A DNA stretch of 30,168 nt from Bacteroidales bacterium (GCA_031556755.1 JAVBSK010000248.1:1-30168); one strand, 5' to 3'. Shown: positions 16,494-27,062, numbered from the stretch's first letter. Translations and numbers: made by a program. The notes: generated from the sequence alone by a model not told the origin.

Positions 16494-18458
16494 ATGAGTA
16501 ATTCTAAAGAGAAACTTTTCCCGGAATTTCCACCGGTATCTACCCAGGAGTGGAAAGATAAGATTGTCAAAGATCTCAAAGGAGCGGACTATGACAAAAA
16601 GTTGATGTGGAAAACAAATGAAGGATTTACTGTCAAACCGTTTTATCGTCAGGAAGATATCAAGGATCTGAGGATTTTGAATCAACTTCCGGCAGAATTT
16701 CCTTATGTACGAAGCACCAAGATGAATAACAACTGGCTTATTCGTCAGGAGTTTAAGGTAAAAGACTTCATTGAGACCAATAAGAAAGCCCACGAAGCGA
16801 TAGCCAAAGGGACGCAATCGCTTTGTTTCAATATCCATAGATACGACCTTTCAAAAGAAAATATAGATATTTTGTTGAAAGGAATTGATGCGGAAAGCGT
16901 TGAATTAAACTTCAAGACATGTAGCCGCGTATCCGGAGATTTGGTTAAAATCATTACTGATTACCTTAAAAACAACAATTTCAACCTGTTCAAATGCAGG
17001 GGGGCCGTAGATATGGACTTTGTCAGTCCCACTATCCGCAGAGCTGTTATCATGGACGATCAGCTCTCACTGATGACGGACGCCATCAACGCATCTAAAG
17101 AATTGAATTTCTTCCGCGTACTAGGAGTTAACGCCTTGCAGTTCAGCAATGCGGGAGCATATATCACTCAAGAACTAGGGTATGCCTTAGCATGGGGCAA
17201 TGACCTGATGGTCAAATTGATAGAAGCAGGAATCAATCCGACGTTGATCGCTAAAAAAATCAAATTTAATTTTTCCGTCAGTTCCAATTATTTCATGGAA
17301 ATTGCCAAATTCCGCGCCGCACGTTGGTTATGGGCGGAAATCGTATACGTTCATCAAAGGAAACGCTATGAAATCATGAACGACAACAAATGGATGTGGG
17401 GAGATTTGTTCAAAGACTTCCATCCTTTCTGCAAAGGAGAAAGTTGTACGAACTACACTCCGGAAGGAATCTGTTGTTGCGCCTCAAAAATGGATATTTG
17501 CGCATTTCCATCCACATTCAATCAAACCGTGTATGATGCACATGTCAATATGCTTCGCACCCAAACTGAAGCAATGTCCGCCGCACTCGGGGGAGTTAAT
17601 TCCATCTCAATGTTACCATATGATATTTCCTATCACGGATCCAGTGATTTCTCCGAACGCATCGCCAGAAATCAACAATTGATGTTGAAAGAAGAGTCTC
17701 ACTTCGACAAAGTAATCGATCCTGCCGGAGGATCATATTATATCGAATCGCTAACTCAATCCATCGCCCAGGAAGCATGGAAAATATTTGTCGACGTACA
17801 AAGGAATGGTTTTGAGAACATGGTCAACGACGGAAGAATCCAACGTGCGGTCAACCAATCCGCGGAAAAACGATTCAAAGATTTAGCCTCCCGTAAAGAG
17901 ATTTTATTGGGTACCAATCAGTTTCCGAACTTCACAGAAAAAACGCTCGACAAGATTGTCGCTCCCGAATATGAACGGGACTGCGGCTGTGGAATTCCCG
18001 ACAGTCCTAACCTGGAGTTTTTGAACGAAAAACGTCTGTCTTCCGCATTCGAGGACTTGCGTTTAGCTACTGAAAGAGCAACCAAAACGCCTAAAGCATT
18101 TATGCTGACCATCGGAAACCTGGCGATGCGGTTAGCCCGTTCCCAGTTCTCATGCAACTTCCTGGCATGCGCCGGTTATGAAGTAATTGATAATCTTGGT
18201 TTTGAAACCATTCAGGCAGGAATAGAAGCCGCTCGCAATGCAAAAGCGGATATCATCGTCCTGTGTTCAAGTGATGATGAATATGCCAGCTTTGCACCTG
18301 AAGCTTACAAACTGACTCAAGGCAAAGAGATTTTGGTCATCGCAGGAGCACCTGCATGTATGGAAGAACTCAAATCTAAGGGGATGGAACACTTCATTCA
18401 TGTAAGAAGTAATGTTCTGGAAACGCTAGCAGGATTTAATAAAAAGTTAATTAATTAA
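16494..18458 (+). CDS. mutA: Methylmalonyl-CoA mutase small (beta) subunit
   Basis: EFPPVSTQEWKDKI, WKTNEGF, QELGYALA, EIAKFRAARWLW, NMLRTQTEAMSA, DPAGGSYYIE, GTNQFPN; C-terminal B12-binding-like domain (CSSDDEY) with no DxHxxG motif. Confidence 0.93.
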   Translation: MSNSKEKLFPEFPPVSTQEWKDKIVKDLKGADYDKKLMWKTNEGFTVKPFYRQEDIKDLRILNQLPAEFPYVRSTKMNNNWLIRQEFKVKDFIETNKKAHEAIAKGTQSLCFNIHRYDLSKENIDILLKGIDAESVELNFKTCSRVSGDLVKIITDYLKNNNFNLFKCRGAVDMDFVSPTIRRAVIMDDQLSLMTDAINASKELNFFRVLGVNALQFSNAGAYITQELGYALAWGNDLMVKLIEAGINPTLIAKKIKFNFSVSSNYFMEIAKFRAARWLWAEIVYVHQRKRYEIMNDNKWMWGDLFKDFHPFCKGESCTNYTPEGICCCASKMDICAFPSTFNQTVYDAHVNMLRTQTEAMSAALGGVNSISMLPYDISYHGSSDFSERIARNQQLMLKEESHFDKVIDPAGGSYYIESLTQSIAQEAWKIFVDVQRNGFENMVNDGRIQRAVNQSAEKRFKDLASRKEILLGTNQFPNFTEKTLDKIVAPEYERDCGCGIPDSPNLEFLNEKRLSSAFEDLRLATERATKTPKAFMLTIGNLAMRLARSQFSCNFLACAGYEVIDNLGFETIQAGIEAARNAKADIIVLCSSDDEYASFAPEAYKLTQGKEILVIAGAPACMEELKSKGMEHFIHVRSNVLETLAGFNKKLIN

Positions 18459-18525
18459 TCTGTCCGTTTGTTCGCATACTACTTCTAGGGTATATAGACA
18501 TCGGCAATTTAAATAAATCAGAATA

Positions 18526-20673
18526 ATGAGACCAAATTTCGAAAATATAGATCTCATAGGGAACGTCTTTTTTCAACGGGATGTTGAAAAATGGGAAAAA
18601 GACAACGAAATTCAACCCAGTTGGCTTACTCCGGAACACATATCGGTAAAATCCCTTTATACACAGGAAGATCTGGAAGGAATGGAGCATCTTGATTATG
18701 CTGCCGGAATTCCACCGTTCCTCCGCGGCCCGTATTCGGGTATGTATGCAACACGTCCCTGGACAATCCGCCAATATGCAGGATTTTCTACCGCAGAAGA
18801 ATCAAATGCATTCTATCGCAGAAATCTGGCGGCAGGACAAAAAGGACTTTCTGTCGCTTTCGACCTGGCTACACACAGAGGATATGATGCAGACCATCAA
18901 CGCGTGGTGGGAGACGTCGGAAAAGCCGGAGTTTCCATTTGTTCACTGGAAGATATGAAAGTTTTATTCTCCGGAATTCCCTTGAAAGATATGTCCGTAT
19001 CCATGACGATGAACGGAGCCGTACTTCCAATTCTAGCATTCTACATCAACGCAGGGTTGGAACAAGGCGCTAAACTGGAAGAACTGTCAGGAACCATTCA
19101 AAATGATATTCTGAAAGAATTCATGGTGAGAAATACATATATTTATCCACCCGAATTTTCCATGCGTATCATCGCCGATATGTTTGAATATACTTCGCAG
19201 AAAATGCCGAAATTCAATTCTATTTCTATCTCCGGATACCACATGCAGGAAGCAGGAGCTACAGCGGATATAGAATTGGCTTATACGCTTGCTGACGGAA
19301 TGGAATATCTGCGCGCAGGAATCAATGCCGGAATTGATGTGGATGCTTTTGCTCCGCGTCTTTCATTCTTCTGGGCAATCGGCATGAATCATTTCATGGA
19401 AATTGCAAAAATGCGGGCTGCTCGTTTATTATGGGCTAAAATCGTAAAAAGTTTCGGAGCTAAAGACCCCAAATCACTGGCACTGAGGACACACTCCCAA
19501 ACATCCGGATGGTCATTGACTGAACAGGATCCATTCAATAACGTAGGACGTACCTGTATTGAAGCCATGGCAGCTGCACTCGGACACACACAATCGCTGC
19601 ACACCAATGCATTGGACGAAGCGATTGCATTGCCGACAGATTTCTCCGCACGCATAGCACGTAATACTCAGATTTACATCCAGGAAGAAACTCAGGTTTG
19701 TAAGGAAATCGACCCTTGGGCAGGCTCATATTATGTAGAATCCCTGACACACGAACTGGCTCATAAAGCTTGGGCTTTGATCCAGGAAGTGGAAGAATTG
19801 GGAGGTATGGCCAAAGCAATCGAAACCGGTCTTCCCAAAATGCGTATAGAAGAAGCGGCAGCGCGTACGCAAGCGAAAATTGACTCAGGCGCACAAACCA
19901 TTATCGGAGTTAATAAATATCGTTTGGAAAAAGAAGATCCGATCGATATCCTCGAAGTGGACAACACAGCAGTTCGCCTGCAACAAATAGAACGGTTGAA
20001 CCAATTGCGCGCAAACCGCGACAATGCCGCCGTACAGAAAGCACTGGCCGCGATCACCCAATGCGCGGAGACAGGTGAAGGAAACTTGTTAGACCTGGCG
20101 GTCAAAGCTGCCGGATTACGAGCTTCTCTGGGTGAAATTTCAGACGCATGTGAAAAAGTATGCGGACGTTACAAAGCAATAATAAGAACAATATCAGGCG
20201 TGTACTCATCAGAAACAAAAGAAGATCCGACATTCCAACGGGCTTGCGAACTGGCGGAAAAATTTGCAAAAAAAGAAGGTCGTCAACCCCGTATCATGAT
20301 TGCAAAAATGGGACAGGATGGTCACGACCGCGGCGCAAAAGTAGTGGCTACAGGTTACGCAGACTGTGGATTCGATGTGGATATGGGACCCTTGTTCCAA
20401 ACCCCCGAAGAAGCTGCACGTCAAGCCGTAGAAAACGACGTGCACGTACTGGGTGTCTCTTCTTTAGCAGCGGGACACAAAACGCTGGTTCCCCAAGTGA
20501 TTGACGAATTGAAAAAATTGGGACGGGAAGATATTTTGGTTATTGCCGGAGGCGTTATTCCCGCTCAAGACTACGACTTCCTGTATCAGGCTGGAGTTGC
20601 AGCCATCTTTGGTCCAGGTTCATCGGTAGCAAAAGCAGCTTGTCAAATCCTGGAAATCCTATTGGACGAATAA
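18526..20673 (+). CDS. mutB: Methylmalonyl-CoA mutase large (catalytic) subunit
   Basis: [50 protein letters not shown]; cobalamin-binding DxHxxG (GQDGHDRG). Confidence 0.97.
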   Translation: MRPNFENIDLIGNVFFQRDVEKWEKDNEIQPSWLTPEHISVKSLYTQEDLEGMEHLDYAAGIPPFLRGPYSGMYATRPWTIRQYAGFSTAEESNAFYRRNLAAGQKGLSVAFDLATHRGYDADHQRVVGDVGKAGVSICSLEDMKVLFSGIPLKDMSVSMTMNGAVLPILAFYINAGLEQGAKLEELSGTIQNDILKEFMVRNTYIYPPEFSMRIIADMFEYTSQKMPKFNSISISGYHMQEAGATADIELAYTLADGMEYLRAGINAGIDVDAFAPRLSFFWAIGMNHFMEIAKMRAARLLWAKIVKSFGAKDPKSLALRTHSQTSGWSLTEQDPFNNVGRTCIEAMAAALGHTQSLHTNALDEAIALPTDFSARIARNTQIYIQEETQVCKEIDPWAGSYYVESLTHELAHKAWALIQEVEELGGMAKAIETGLPKMRIEEAAARTQAKIDSGAQTIIGVNKYRLEKEDPIDILEVDNTAVRLQQIERLNQLRANRDNAAVQKALAAITQCAETGEGNLLDLAVKAAGLRASLGEISDACEKVCGRYKAIIRTISGVYSSETKEDPTFQRACELAEKFAKKEGRQPRIMIAKMGQDGHDRGAKVVATGYADCGFDVDMGPLFQTPEEAARQAVENDVHVLGVSSLAAGHKTLVPQVIDELKKLGREDILVIAGGVIPAQDYDFLYQAGVAAIFGPGSSVAKAACQILEILLDE

Positions 20674-20696
20674 TTTCTTCCAACTATACTTATTCG

Positions 20697-20738
20697 AAGA
20701 GCCGTTAGGAAATTTCCCGACGGCTCTTTGTTTATTTA
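20697..20738 (+). terminator. Intrinsic terminator after mutB
   Basis: AAGAGCCGT (20697-20705) pairs with ACGGCTCTT (20720-20728), with an inner GGAAA/TTTCC, followed by TGTTTATTTA. Confidence 0.85.
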
Positions 20739-20814
20739 CTATAATTTCATGATCAAACTTGTTTCAATCAGAAATTTAGTTGTTATCTTTCTCTTTTTGA
20801 TTTCAATTTATTAT

Positions 20815-20822
20815 TACATTTG
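20815..20822 (+). promoter_or_regulatory. -7 promoter box for phoH-purC
   Basis: TACATTTG(CA), 56 bp upstream of the phoH ATG. Confidence 0.65.
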
Positions 20823-20878
20823 CAATTCAAAAAAAGGGAATCGACACTCTGATTTTACAAGAGAACCAATAAAAATTC

Positions 20879-21868
20879 ATGATAGAAAGAATTATCATAT
20901 TCGACAGTATTGATCCGGTCGTTTTTTTCGGGACAAATAACTCCAATATCCAGTTGATCAAATCATTATATCCCAAACTACGAATAGTAGCCCGTGGAAA
21001 CGTGATGAAAGTGATCGGAGATGATGCGGAATTGGTTATATTCGAAGAAAAAATGCAGGCATTGGAAAAACATTGCCTGGAGTTCAACCAGTTGACCGAA
21101 GAAAATATTGTAGACATCATCAAAGGCAAAAATACAAATCCTCCGGCTAAACAAGACAACCTGATTATCCACGGAATGAATGGAAAACCCATTCTGGCCA
21201 GGACGGAAAATCAGAAAAAATTAGTCGATGCATTTGAAAAAAATGATATGTTATTCGCTATCGGCCCCGCCGGTTCCGGAAAAACATATACAGCCATTGC
21301 CCTGGCAGTCAGAGCGTTGAAAAATAAAGAAATCAAGAAAATCATACTGAGCCGTCCCGCCGTCGAAGCCGGAGAAAAGTTAGGTTTTCTTCCGGGAGAT
21401 ATGAAAGACAAAATTGATCCATACCTACAGCCTTTATATGACGCTCTGGAAGACATGATTCCAATGGCAAAATTGAAAGATTACATGGAAAATAAGGTCA
21501 TTCAGATTGCTCCATTAGCATTTATGAGAGGCCGTACATTGAATGATGCTGTTATTATTTTAGATGAAGCACAGAATACAACTACCCATCAGATTAAAAT
21601 GTTCCTGACACGTATGGGATTAAATGCAAAAATGATAATTACGGGAGATGTAACCCAAATAGATCTGCCACCCTCCCAACAATCTGGTCTATTACATGCA
21701 ATGAATATCTTGAAAAACGTAGAAGGTATTGCTAAAATTGAGTTCAATAAAAAAGATATCGTCCGCCACAAACTGGTGCAACGAATCGTAGAAGCATATG
21801 AGAAATTTGAGAAAAAAGACATTAGCGAAAGAAAAACGATAAAAAATCCAAAAAACAACACAATATGA
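20879..21868 (+). CDS. phoH: PhoH family ATPase (PhoH/YbeZ)
   Basis: N-terminal KH-like region; Walker A GPAGSGKT; [16 protein letters not shown]; [10 protein letters not shown]; DEAQN; GDVTQIDL; DIVRHKLV. Confidence 0.95.
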   Translation: MIERIIIFDSIDPVVFFGTNNSNIQLIKSLYPKLRIVARGNVMKVIGDDAELVIFEEKMQALEKHCLEFNQLTEENIVDIIKGKNTNPPAKQDNLIIHGMNGKPILARTENQKKLVDAFEKNDMLFAIGPAGSGKTYTAIALAVRALKNKEIKKIILSRPAVEAGEKLGFLPGDMKDKIDPYLQPLYDALEDMIPMAKLKDYMENKVIQIAPLAFMRGRTLNDAVIILDEAQNTTTHQIKMFLTRMGLNAKMIITGDVTQIDLPPSQQSGLLHAMNILKNVEGIAKIEFNKKDIVRHKLVQRIVEAYEKFEKKDISERKTIKNPKNNTI

Positions 21869-22809
21869 AGAATACTTTAGTCAGAACAGATTTCAATTTT
21901 CCGGGACAAACCAAAGTCTATCACGGAAAAGTAAGGGATGTATATTCTATCGGAGAAGATACACTCGTTATGATCGCAACCGACAGAATTTCAGCTTTTG
22001 ACGTAATCCTGCCACAGGGGATTCCATACAAAGGTCAGGTATTAAACCAGATTGCGGCCAAATTTCTGGACGCAACATCCGACATTGTTCCCAACTGGAA
22101 AATTGCCTCTCCAGATCCAATGGTTACAGTAGGTCTGCGTTGCGAACCTTACAAAGTGGAAATGGTCATCCGTGGCTATCTGACCGGAAGCGCCTGGCGG
22201 GAATACAAAGCAGGAACACGGATATTGTGTGGCGTAGCTTTGCCTGAAGGAATGAAAGAAAATCAAAAGTTTCCCACTCCTATCATCACTCCGACAACGA
22301 AAGCCGACGAAGGTCACGATGAAAACATCTCGAAAGAAGAAATTATCCGTCAGGGATTAGTCAGCCTCGAAGAATACGAACAATTGGAAAATTATACGAT
22401 GGCTTTGTTTTTGCGAGGAACAGAAATGGCAGCTCAGAAAGGCTTGATTCTGGTAGATACCAAATACGAGTTCGGAAAAAAAGATGGGAAAATTTATCTG
22501 ATAGACGAAATTCATACACCCGACTCCTCCCGTTATTTTTATGCGGAAGGTTATCAGGACAGATTCGAAAAAGGAGAAGAACAAAAACAACTCTCCAAGG
22601 AATTCGTCCGCAAATGGTTGATGGAAAATGGATTTCAAGGAAAAGAAGGACAAAAAGTTCCGGAAATGACTCCCAAATACTGTGAAAGCGTTTCCGAACG
22701 TTATATCGAATTGTACGAAAATATTGTAGGGGAGAAATTTGTTAAGGCCGATATTTCCGATGTTCCCGGGAGAATCGAAAATAATATCCTTGAATTTTTG
22801 AAAAAGTAA
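21865..22809 (+). CDS. purC: SAICAR synthase
   Basis: [59 protein letters not shown]; ATGA overlap with phoH. Confidence 0.96.
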   Translation: MKNTLVRTDFNFPGQTKVYHGKVRDVYSIGEDTLVMIATDRISAFDVILPQGIPYKGQVLNQIAAKFLDATSDIVPNWKIASPDPMVTVGLRCEPYKVEMVIRGYLTGSAWREYKAGTRILCGVALPEGMKENQKFPTPIITPTTKADEGHDENISKEEIIRQGLVSLEEYEQLENYTMALFLRGTEMAAQKGLILVDTKYEFGKKDGKIYLIDEIHTPDSSRYFYAEGYQDRFEKGEEQKQLSKEFVRKWLMENGFQGKEGQKVPEMTPKYCESVSERYIELYENIVGEKFVKADISDVPGRIENNILEFLKK

Positions 22810-22841
22810 TTTTAAAATACTTCTCAAAAAAGCTTAATCGC

Positions 22842-22946
22842 ACACGAAATACATGAATAAACAGAATGTATTTGAGTAATCTTATTTATTACCAGAACAT
22901 CTGAGTAAAAAATTGAGATTTTCAGTATATTCTGTGTAATCCGTGT
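22842..22946. repeat. Degenerate inverted-repeat element between purC and aroE
   Basis: Left arm ACACGAAATACATGAATA (22842-22859). The right arm TATTCTGTGTAATCCGTGT (22928-22946) has reverse complement ACACGGATTACACAGAATA. The spacer is 68 bp. Confidence 0.5.
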
Positions 22947-23022
22947 ACTCATTTGACTTTAAAACAACTACGTTTTAAATACGATTTAGAAAAATTGGAA
23001 ATAAATCTTCTCTAAATTAATT

Positions 23023-23763
23023 ATGGACAAGTACGGTTTAATCGGATATCCTCTTAAACATTCATTTTCAATAGGTTACTTCAACAATAAATTCAAAGAT
23101 GAATCTATTGACGCAGAGTATATCAATTTTGAAATTCCTTCAATCAAAGATTTGAAGAATATATTGAAGGACAATCCGAATCTGAAAGGATTGAATGTAA
23201 CGATTCCTTACAAGGAGCAAGTGATACCCTATCTGGATTCACTCAGCGCCAACGCCAAAGAAATCGGAGCTGTCAACGTCATCAAATTCATCCGCAATAA
23301 AGGAAAACTCAAGTTGGTCGGATATAATTCCGACATCATCGGATTCAAACAATCCATAGAACCTATGCTGACAGAGTTTCACAAGAAAGCCTTGATTCTG
23401 GGAACAGGAGGTTCATCCAAAGCAGTTTATCACGGATTGAAACAATTAGGAGTGGGAGCCACATTCGTTTCCCGGGAAAACGGAAAAGATTCTTTAAAAT
23501 ATGAAGATATCAATGAACAAATCATGACAGACCATACGGTCATTGTTAATTGTACGCCAATCGGTATGTATCCGAACTCAATCAAATGTCCGGACATTCC
23601 ATATGAGCTTTTAACTCCACAGCATCTCTTATATGACCTGATATACAATCCCGACGAAACATTATTCATGGAAAAAGGAAAAAAACAAGGGGCTACGGTC
23701 AAAAACGGACTGGAAATGTTACTATTACAAGCTTTTGTATCCTGGGAGTTCTGGCATCAGTAA
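23023..23763 (+). CDS. aroE: Shikimate dehydrogenase
   Basis: GLIGYPLKHSFS, GLNVTIPYK, IGAVN, GYNSD, LGTGGSSKA, NCTPIGM, DLIYNP, NGLEMLLLQA. Confidence 0.96.
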   Translation: MDKYGLIGYPLKHSFSIGYFNNKFKDESIDAEYINFEIPSIKDLKNILKDNPNLKGLNVTIPYKEQVIPYLDSLSANAKEIGAVNVIKFIRNKGKLKLVGYNSDIIGFKQSIEPMLTEFHKKALILGTGGSSKAVYHGLKQLGVGATFVSRENGKDSLKYEDINEQIMTDHTVIVNCTPIGMYPNSIKCPDIPYELLTPQHLLYDLIYNPDETLFMEKGKKQGATVKNGLEMLLLQAFVSWEFWHQ

Positions 23764-23806
23764 TAACATGCTGTACCGTTGTGATATACCCTCTTTAATC
23801 AGAAAA

Positions 23807-23834
23807 ATCCGGCGACTTTCACAAGGGACCGGAT
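23807..23834. terminator. Probable (bidirectional) terminator between the convergent aroE and btuG genes
   Basis: ATCCGG (23807-23812) and CCGGAT (23829-23834) enclose CGACTTTCACAAGGGA. An upstream A-tract gives a U-tract on the minus strand. GACTTTCACAAG loops are, from memory, common in Bacteroidales terminators. Confidence 0.55.
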
Positions 23835-23865
23835 CATGATTTTCAATCTACGAGCATACTATTTA

Positions 23866-24948
23866 CTATCTATTAAATACAAAACATGAAGGACAGATTC
23901 CCGCATCAAACGAATCTGTCTTTTTACCGTTTGAATCAAAAACATATACTGTGCCGGGAGTTGTATAATCAATCGCATCTGAGACATAGATCTCCTTGTT
24001 AGCAGGATTGATCCCTATGGCATAAGCCACATTGATAACCGTTCCGTCAGTAATGAATGAACCGTTTTCCAACGTTTCCGTTTTGACGTTGAATTTGCCA
24101 TATTTCTGAATGGCAGTATTTCCCTCATAAGTCGTATCATAAAAATAAGAAATATCATCTTCAATTATGAAATTACTTACGTGTAGATCCGGCACAAGCG
24201 CCGCTTCATCGGTCTTCGAATCTATCCGGTAAAAAGAAGTCCCATCGTAATTGCCTTTGCAATTTACATATACATCTCCGTATTTATCCGCATACACCTT
24301 AAACGGATTCACGCCCACCTGGATTTTCTTTATTTCTTTGAATGTCAGCATATCCACTACCGAAACGCTTTTTCCGTTCTCATATCCATTCTGCCAGTTA
24401 AGCCCATCGCTATTAGCCACATATATTTTTTCACCAGCAACAGCAATCCCTTCGGGACTGGGTCCCACTGTTGTAATTCCGGTGATACTTAAAGTTGCAG
24501 TATCTATCCGGATGATATTTCCGTCATAAGTCGATGCATAAATATTTCCTTGATAAGGCGCCAGGTAACGGGGTTCACGCCCTTCCTCTTTTTCGTTTTT
24601 CACGGGAATATTTTTCACTTCAACTCTGGAGTTCGCATTAATTACTTTGATATAACTCGATCCCGATACGGAAATATATAAATTCGATCCGTAAATAAGC
24701 ATATCCTGTGCGGTATCCCCTAACTTTGAGCTAAATACATCGGAAATGATATCCAAGTTTTCAAAACTTCGGAAAGTCAATCCTGCGTTATTTTTCCCTT
24801 GACCGCCTTCATTGAGTACAAAAACTCCTTTTCCTAAAGAAGTTACCACTCCAGGTTCATCCTCACTTTCACAAGAAGTAAATAAAGTTCCTGACACAAC
24901 CAATGAACAAAATATCGTCCATTTCAAATAATTAAAAATCTGTTTCAT
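23866..24948 (-). CDS. btuG: Surface lipoprotein, YncE/DUF5074 beta-propeller; BtuG-like cobalamin-binding protein
   Basis: Lipobox FTS-C26 followed by acidic ESEDE (lipoprotein export signal-like); VFVLNEG, LGDTAQDM, SPEGIA, YAIGINP propeller motifs; lies directly downstream of a riboswitch-controlled TonB-dependent receptor. Confidence 0.8.
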   Translation of the reverse strand: MKQIFNYLKWTIFCSLVVSGTLFTSCESEDEPGVVTSLGKGVFVLNEGGQGKNNAGLTFRSFENLDIISDVFSSKLGDTAQDMLIYGSNLYISVSGSSYIKVINANSRVEVKNIPVKNEKEEGREPRYLAPYQGNIYASTYDGNIIRIDTATLSITGITTVGPSPEGIAVAGEKIYVANSDGLNWQNGYENGKSVSVVDMLTFKEIKKIQVGVNPFKVYADKYGDVYVNCKGNYDGTSFYRIDSKTDEAALVPDLHVSNFIIEDDISYFYDTTYEGNTAIQKYGKFNVKTETLENGSFITDGTVINVAYAIGINPANKEIYVSDAIDYTTPGTVYVFDSNGKKTDSFDAGICPSCFVFNR

Positions 24949-24985
24949 AACTAATAAATTTATGATAATTGATAATTCGTAATTA

Positions 24986-27010
24986 TTAATAACTCAACCT
25001 GACTCCGAACCTGAACGAACGTCCTGGCATCGGATATGATCTCACCACTTCATATTGCAGATCAGCCAGATTCAAACATTCTACCGTAACATCTATTTTT
25101 ACGCTCTTGTACTTTAATCCTTTATACAAGAAAATACTTTGTTCGACATACGGCTCCATCTCATATTCGGGACGATCACTTTGTTCGAAATATCTCTTTC
25201 CGCAATAAATAACACTATATCCTATATTCAACCATGGGGTATTGAGTTGCAAGAGTTCTGAACCCAGATGATGTGGAGTATAAGCAAGTTGCTGATTGTA
25301 GGTCTTTTTTCCCTCAGTTTTATCAAGGACATTCTGATATGTATAAGCGGCAGACAATTGCCATTCGAAATTTTTTCCTGTTTGAATATGTAACCGAAAA
25401 TTGGTATCAATTCCTTTGATTTCCACTTCACCGTAATTCTGTACAGACCAGATAAACATACTCCCTTTTGGAAGAGCAACTATCTTATTATCAACATGAT
25501 TCAAATACACATCGGAAGTCACTGAGAAATATGTGAAAATGTCGTTGATTTGATTAACCCATGATATGCCCAAATCATATTGGTTAGCACTTTCCGGTTT
25601 CAAACCTGACGGAGCGATGGAGACCGGAAGAAAATACAAGTCTCCGAAAGTGGGCAATCTGAATGTATTTTTATAGAATCCCCGCAAATATAATGGTAAT
25701 TGCCTGAGAGGTTTCACAGAGACTCCCAAGTAGGGAGATAAATTGAATTCATTTTCTCGGTCTATTCCGCTTCTATTCCGCTCATCGACTAAGGTACTCA
25801 ATAAACTTCCTGTTACAGTCACCGAAGGACGGACATATTTTCCGGACAATACGCTTTGCCAGATGATCCGGGAAGGAAAAACACAATCTTCAAAATTATT
25901 ACTGAAATTAGCGTAAGAGCCATCATTAGCCCAGGAAAATGACAAATCCGGATTGAATTTATATAAAAACGTTGCATTCAGATAATACTCTCGTTGATAA
26001 TATATATTCTCCTGAGAGCCGATCGTATTTTTAATCAAAGCATAATCAATATGGGAAAAATCAAACTTTGCATTGGTTTGAAAACGAATTTTAGAAGAAA
26101 GTTTTTGTTCATAATGAAGCTGAGAAAACAAATTCAAATCTTTGCTGCGTTCTATACCATTGTTATGATTACCGTAAATATCAGGTCCTGGCAGCCCCCT
26201 GTCAGATCCATAGGCATATAATTTCATCGATAAAACTCCTCCATTTTTAAGTGTTCCGGACAGATTGGTTTCCAACCTGAAGCTTTCCATATCGGAATTA
26301 TCCCGCGTTAATTCATCTCCAAATCCCGATACAAAAGGATAATTTCCACCGGAAGACAAGTATTCGCCAGACATTTGGATTGCTAAAGCCTGACTCAATC
26401 TCTGTTCATACAAAATCGACGGATTATAAAAATCCCATGAACCTGCTTTGAATAACGCCCTTAAACCAACAGGATTTTCGATTGAGGTTCCATATTTTTT
26501 CGTTTTAATATTCAAAGCTCCGGCAGAAGAAAACATTCTTGCGGTCTGAAAAATATCATCACTTTCTCCGGTACGGAGGCTTATCATCTCCACATTATCC
26601 AATGAAAAACGACCTAAGTCCACCTGTCCGGTCTGGTAATTCGTAATGGGAATCCCATCATACGCAACCATCGTATGCGCGGCTCCCAAGCTCCTGATGG
26701 AAATGGTTTTCAACCCTCCGATTCCGCCGTAATCCTTCACCTGAACTCCTGAAAAGTATTTAATAGCGTCGGATACCTGCAAGGCATTCATTTTAATTAA
26801 TTCTTCTGCTCCAAGTTGTTGTACGGGAGAGGTACTGCGATGGATTGAAGAGGTACTGGAAACGATTTCGACTTCCCCCAGTTTGTAATTTTTAATTGTA
26901 TCCCGAACCTCCTGTGCGTATAAACTCACAGTAAAAAATACGATAAAAAGGAAAGAAAAAAAGATTCTGTTCCCTATTCGGAAATAATTAGTCGGATTAA
27001 ACTGACACAT
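24986..27010 (-). CDS. btuB: TonB-dependent receptor, cobalamin (BtuB-like)
   Basis: Signal peptide ending YA-Q; plug motif DYGGIGGLKTISIRSLG...YDGIP; C-terminal NLAD...YPMPGRSFRFGVRLSY; first gene after a cobalamin riboswitch. Confidence 0.88.
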   Translation of the reverse strand: MCQFNPTNYFRIGNRIFFSFLFIVFFTVSLYAQEVRDTIKNYKLGEVEIVSSTSSIHRSTSPVQQLGAEELIKMNALQVSDAIKYFSGVQVKDYGGIGGLKTISIRSLGAAHTMVAYDGIPITNYQTGQVDLGRFSLDNVEMISLRTGESDDIFQTARMFSSAGALNIKTKKYGTSIENPVGLRALFKAGSWDFYNPSILYEQRLSQALAIQMSGEYLSSGGNYPFVSGFGDELTRDNSDMESFRLETNLSGTLKNGGVLSMKLYAYGSDRGLPGPDIYGNHNNGIERSKDLNLFSQLHYEQKLSSKIRFQTNAKFDFSHIDYALIKNTIGSQENIYYQREYYLNATFLYKFNPDLSFSWANDGSYANFSNNFEDCVFPSRIIWQSVLSGKYVRPSVTVTGSLLSTLVDERNRSGIDRENEFNLSPYLGVSVKPLRQLPLYLRGFYKNTFRLPTFGDLYFLPVSIAPSGLKPESANQYDLGISWVNQINDIFTYFSVTSDVYLNHVDNKIVALPKGSMFIWSVQNYGEVEIKGIDTNFRLHIQTGKNFEWQLSAAYTYQNVLDKTEGKKTYNQQLAYTPHHLGSELLQLNTPWLNIGYSVIYCGKRYFEQSDRPEYEMEPYVEQSIFLYKGLKYKSVKIDVTVECLNLADLQYEVVRSYPMPGRSFRFGVRLSY

Positions 27011-27062
27011 AACAAGCCTATTTGATTATTTCTCAATCAAACAGCTTCGAATAAAATTACGG

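Noticed and set aside
16337-16838. Two minus-strand ORFs (80 and 119 aa) spanning the mutA start
   Set aside because: They overlap the mutA 5' region in antisense, with no motif and no supporting promoter box.
20728-20913. 61 aa hydrophobic plus-strand ORF before phoH
   Set aside because: It begins at the mutB terminator's U-tract, runs through the phoH -7 box and overlaps phoH by 35 bp. The hydrophobicity reflects T-rich promoter DNA.
22357-22827. 156 aa minus-strand ORF
   Set aside because: Antisense shadow of purC.
22853-22939. Possible menG or GxxExxY pseudogene remnant (MNKQNVFE*SYLLPEHLSKKLRFSVYSV*)
   Set aside because: Too short and too divergent to assign by eye, so it is not called as a pseudogene. 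Only the flanking repeat is reported.
1233-27010. Gln right after the predicted signal-peptide cleavage site in Dpp4, the S41 protease, the beta-barrel and BtuB
   Set aside because: This is the established Bacteroidetes Q-rule (N-terminal pyroglutamate). It supports the signal-peptide calls but is not novel.
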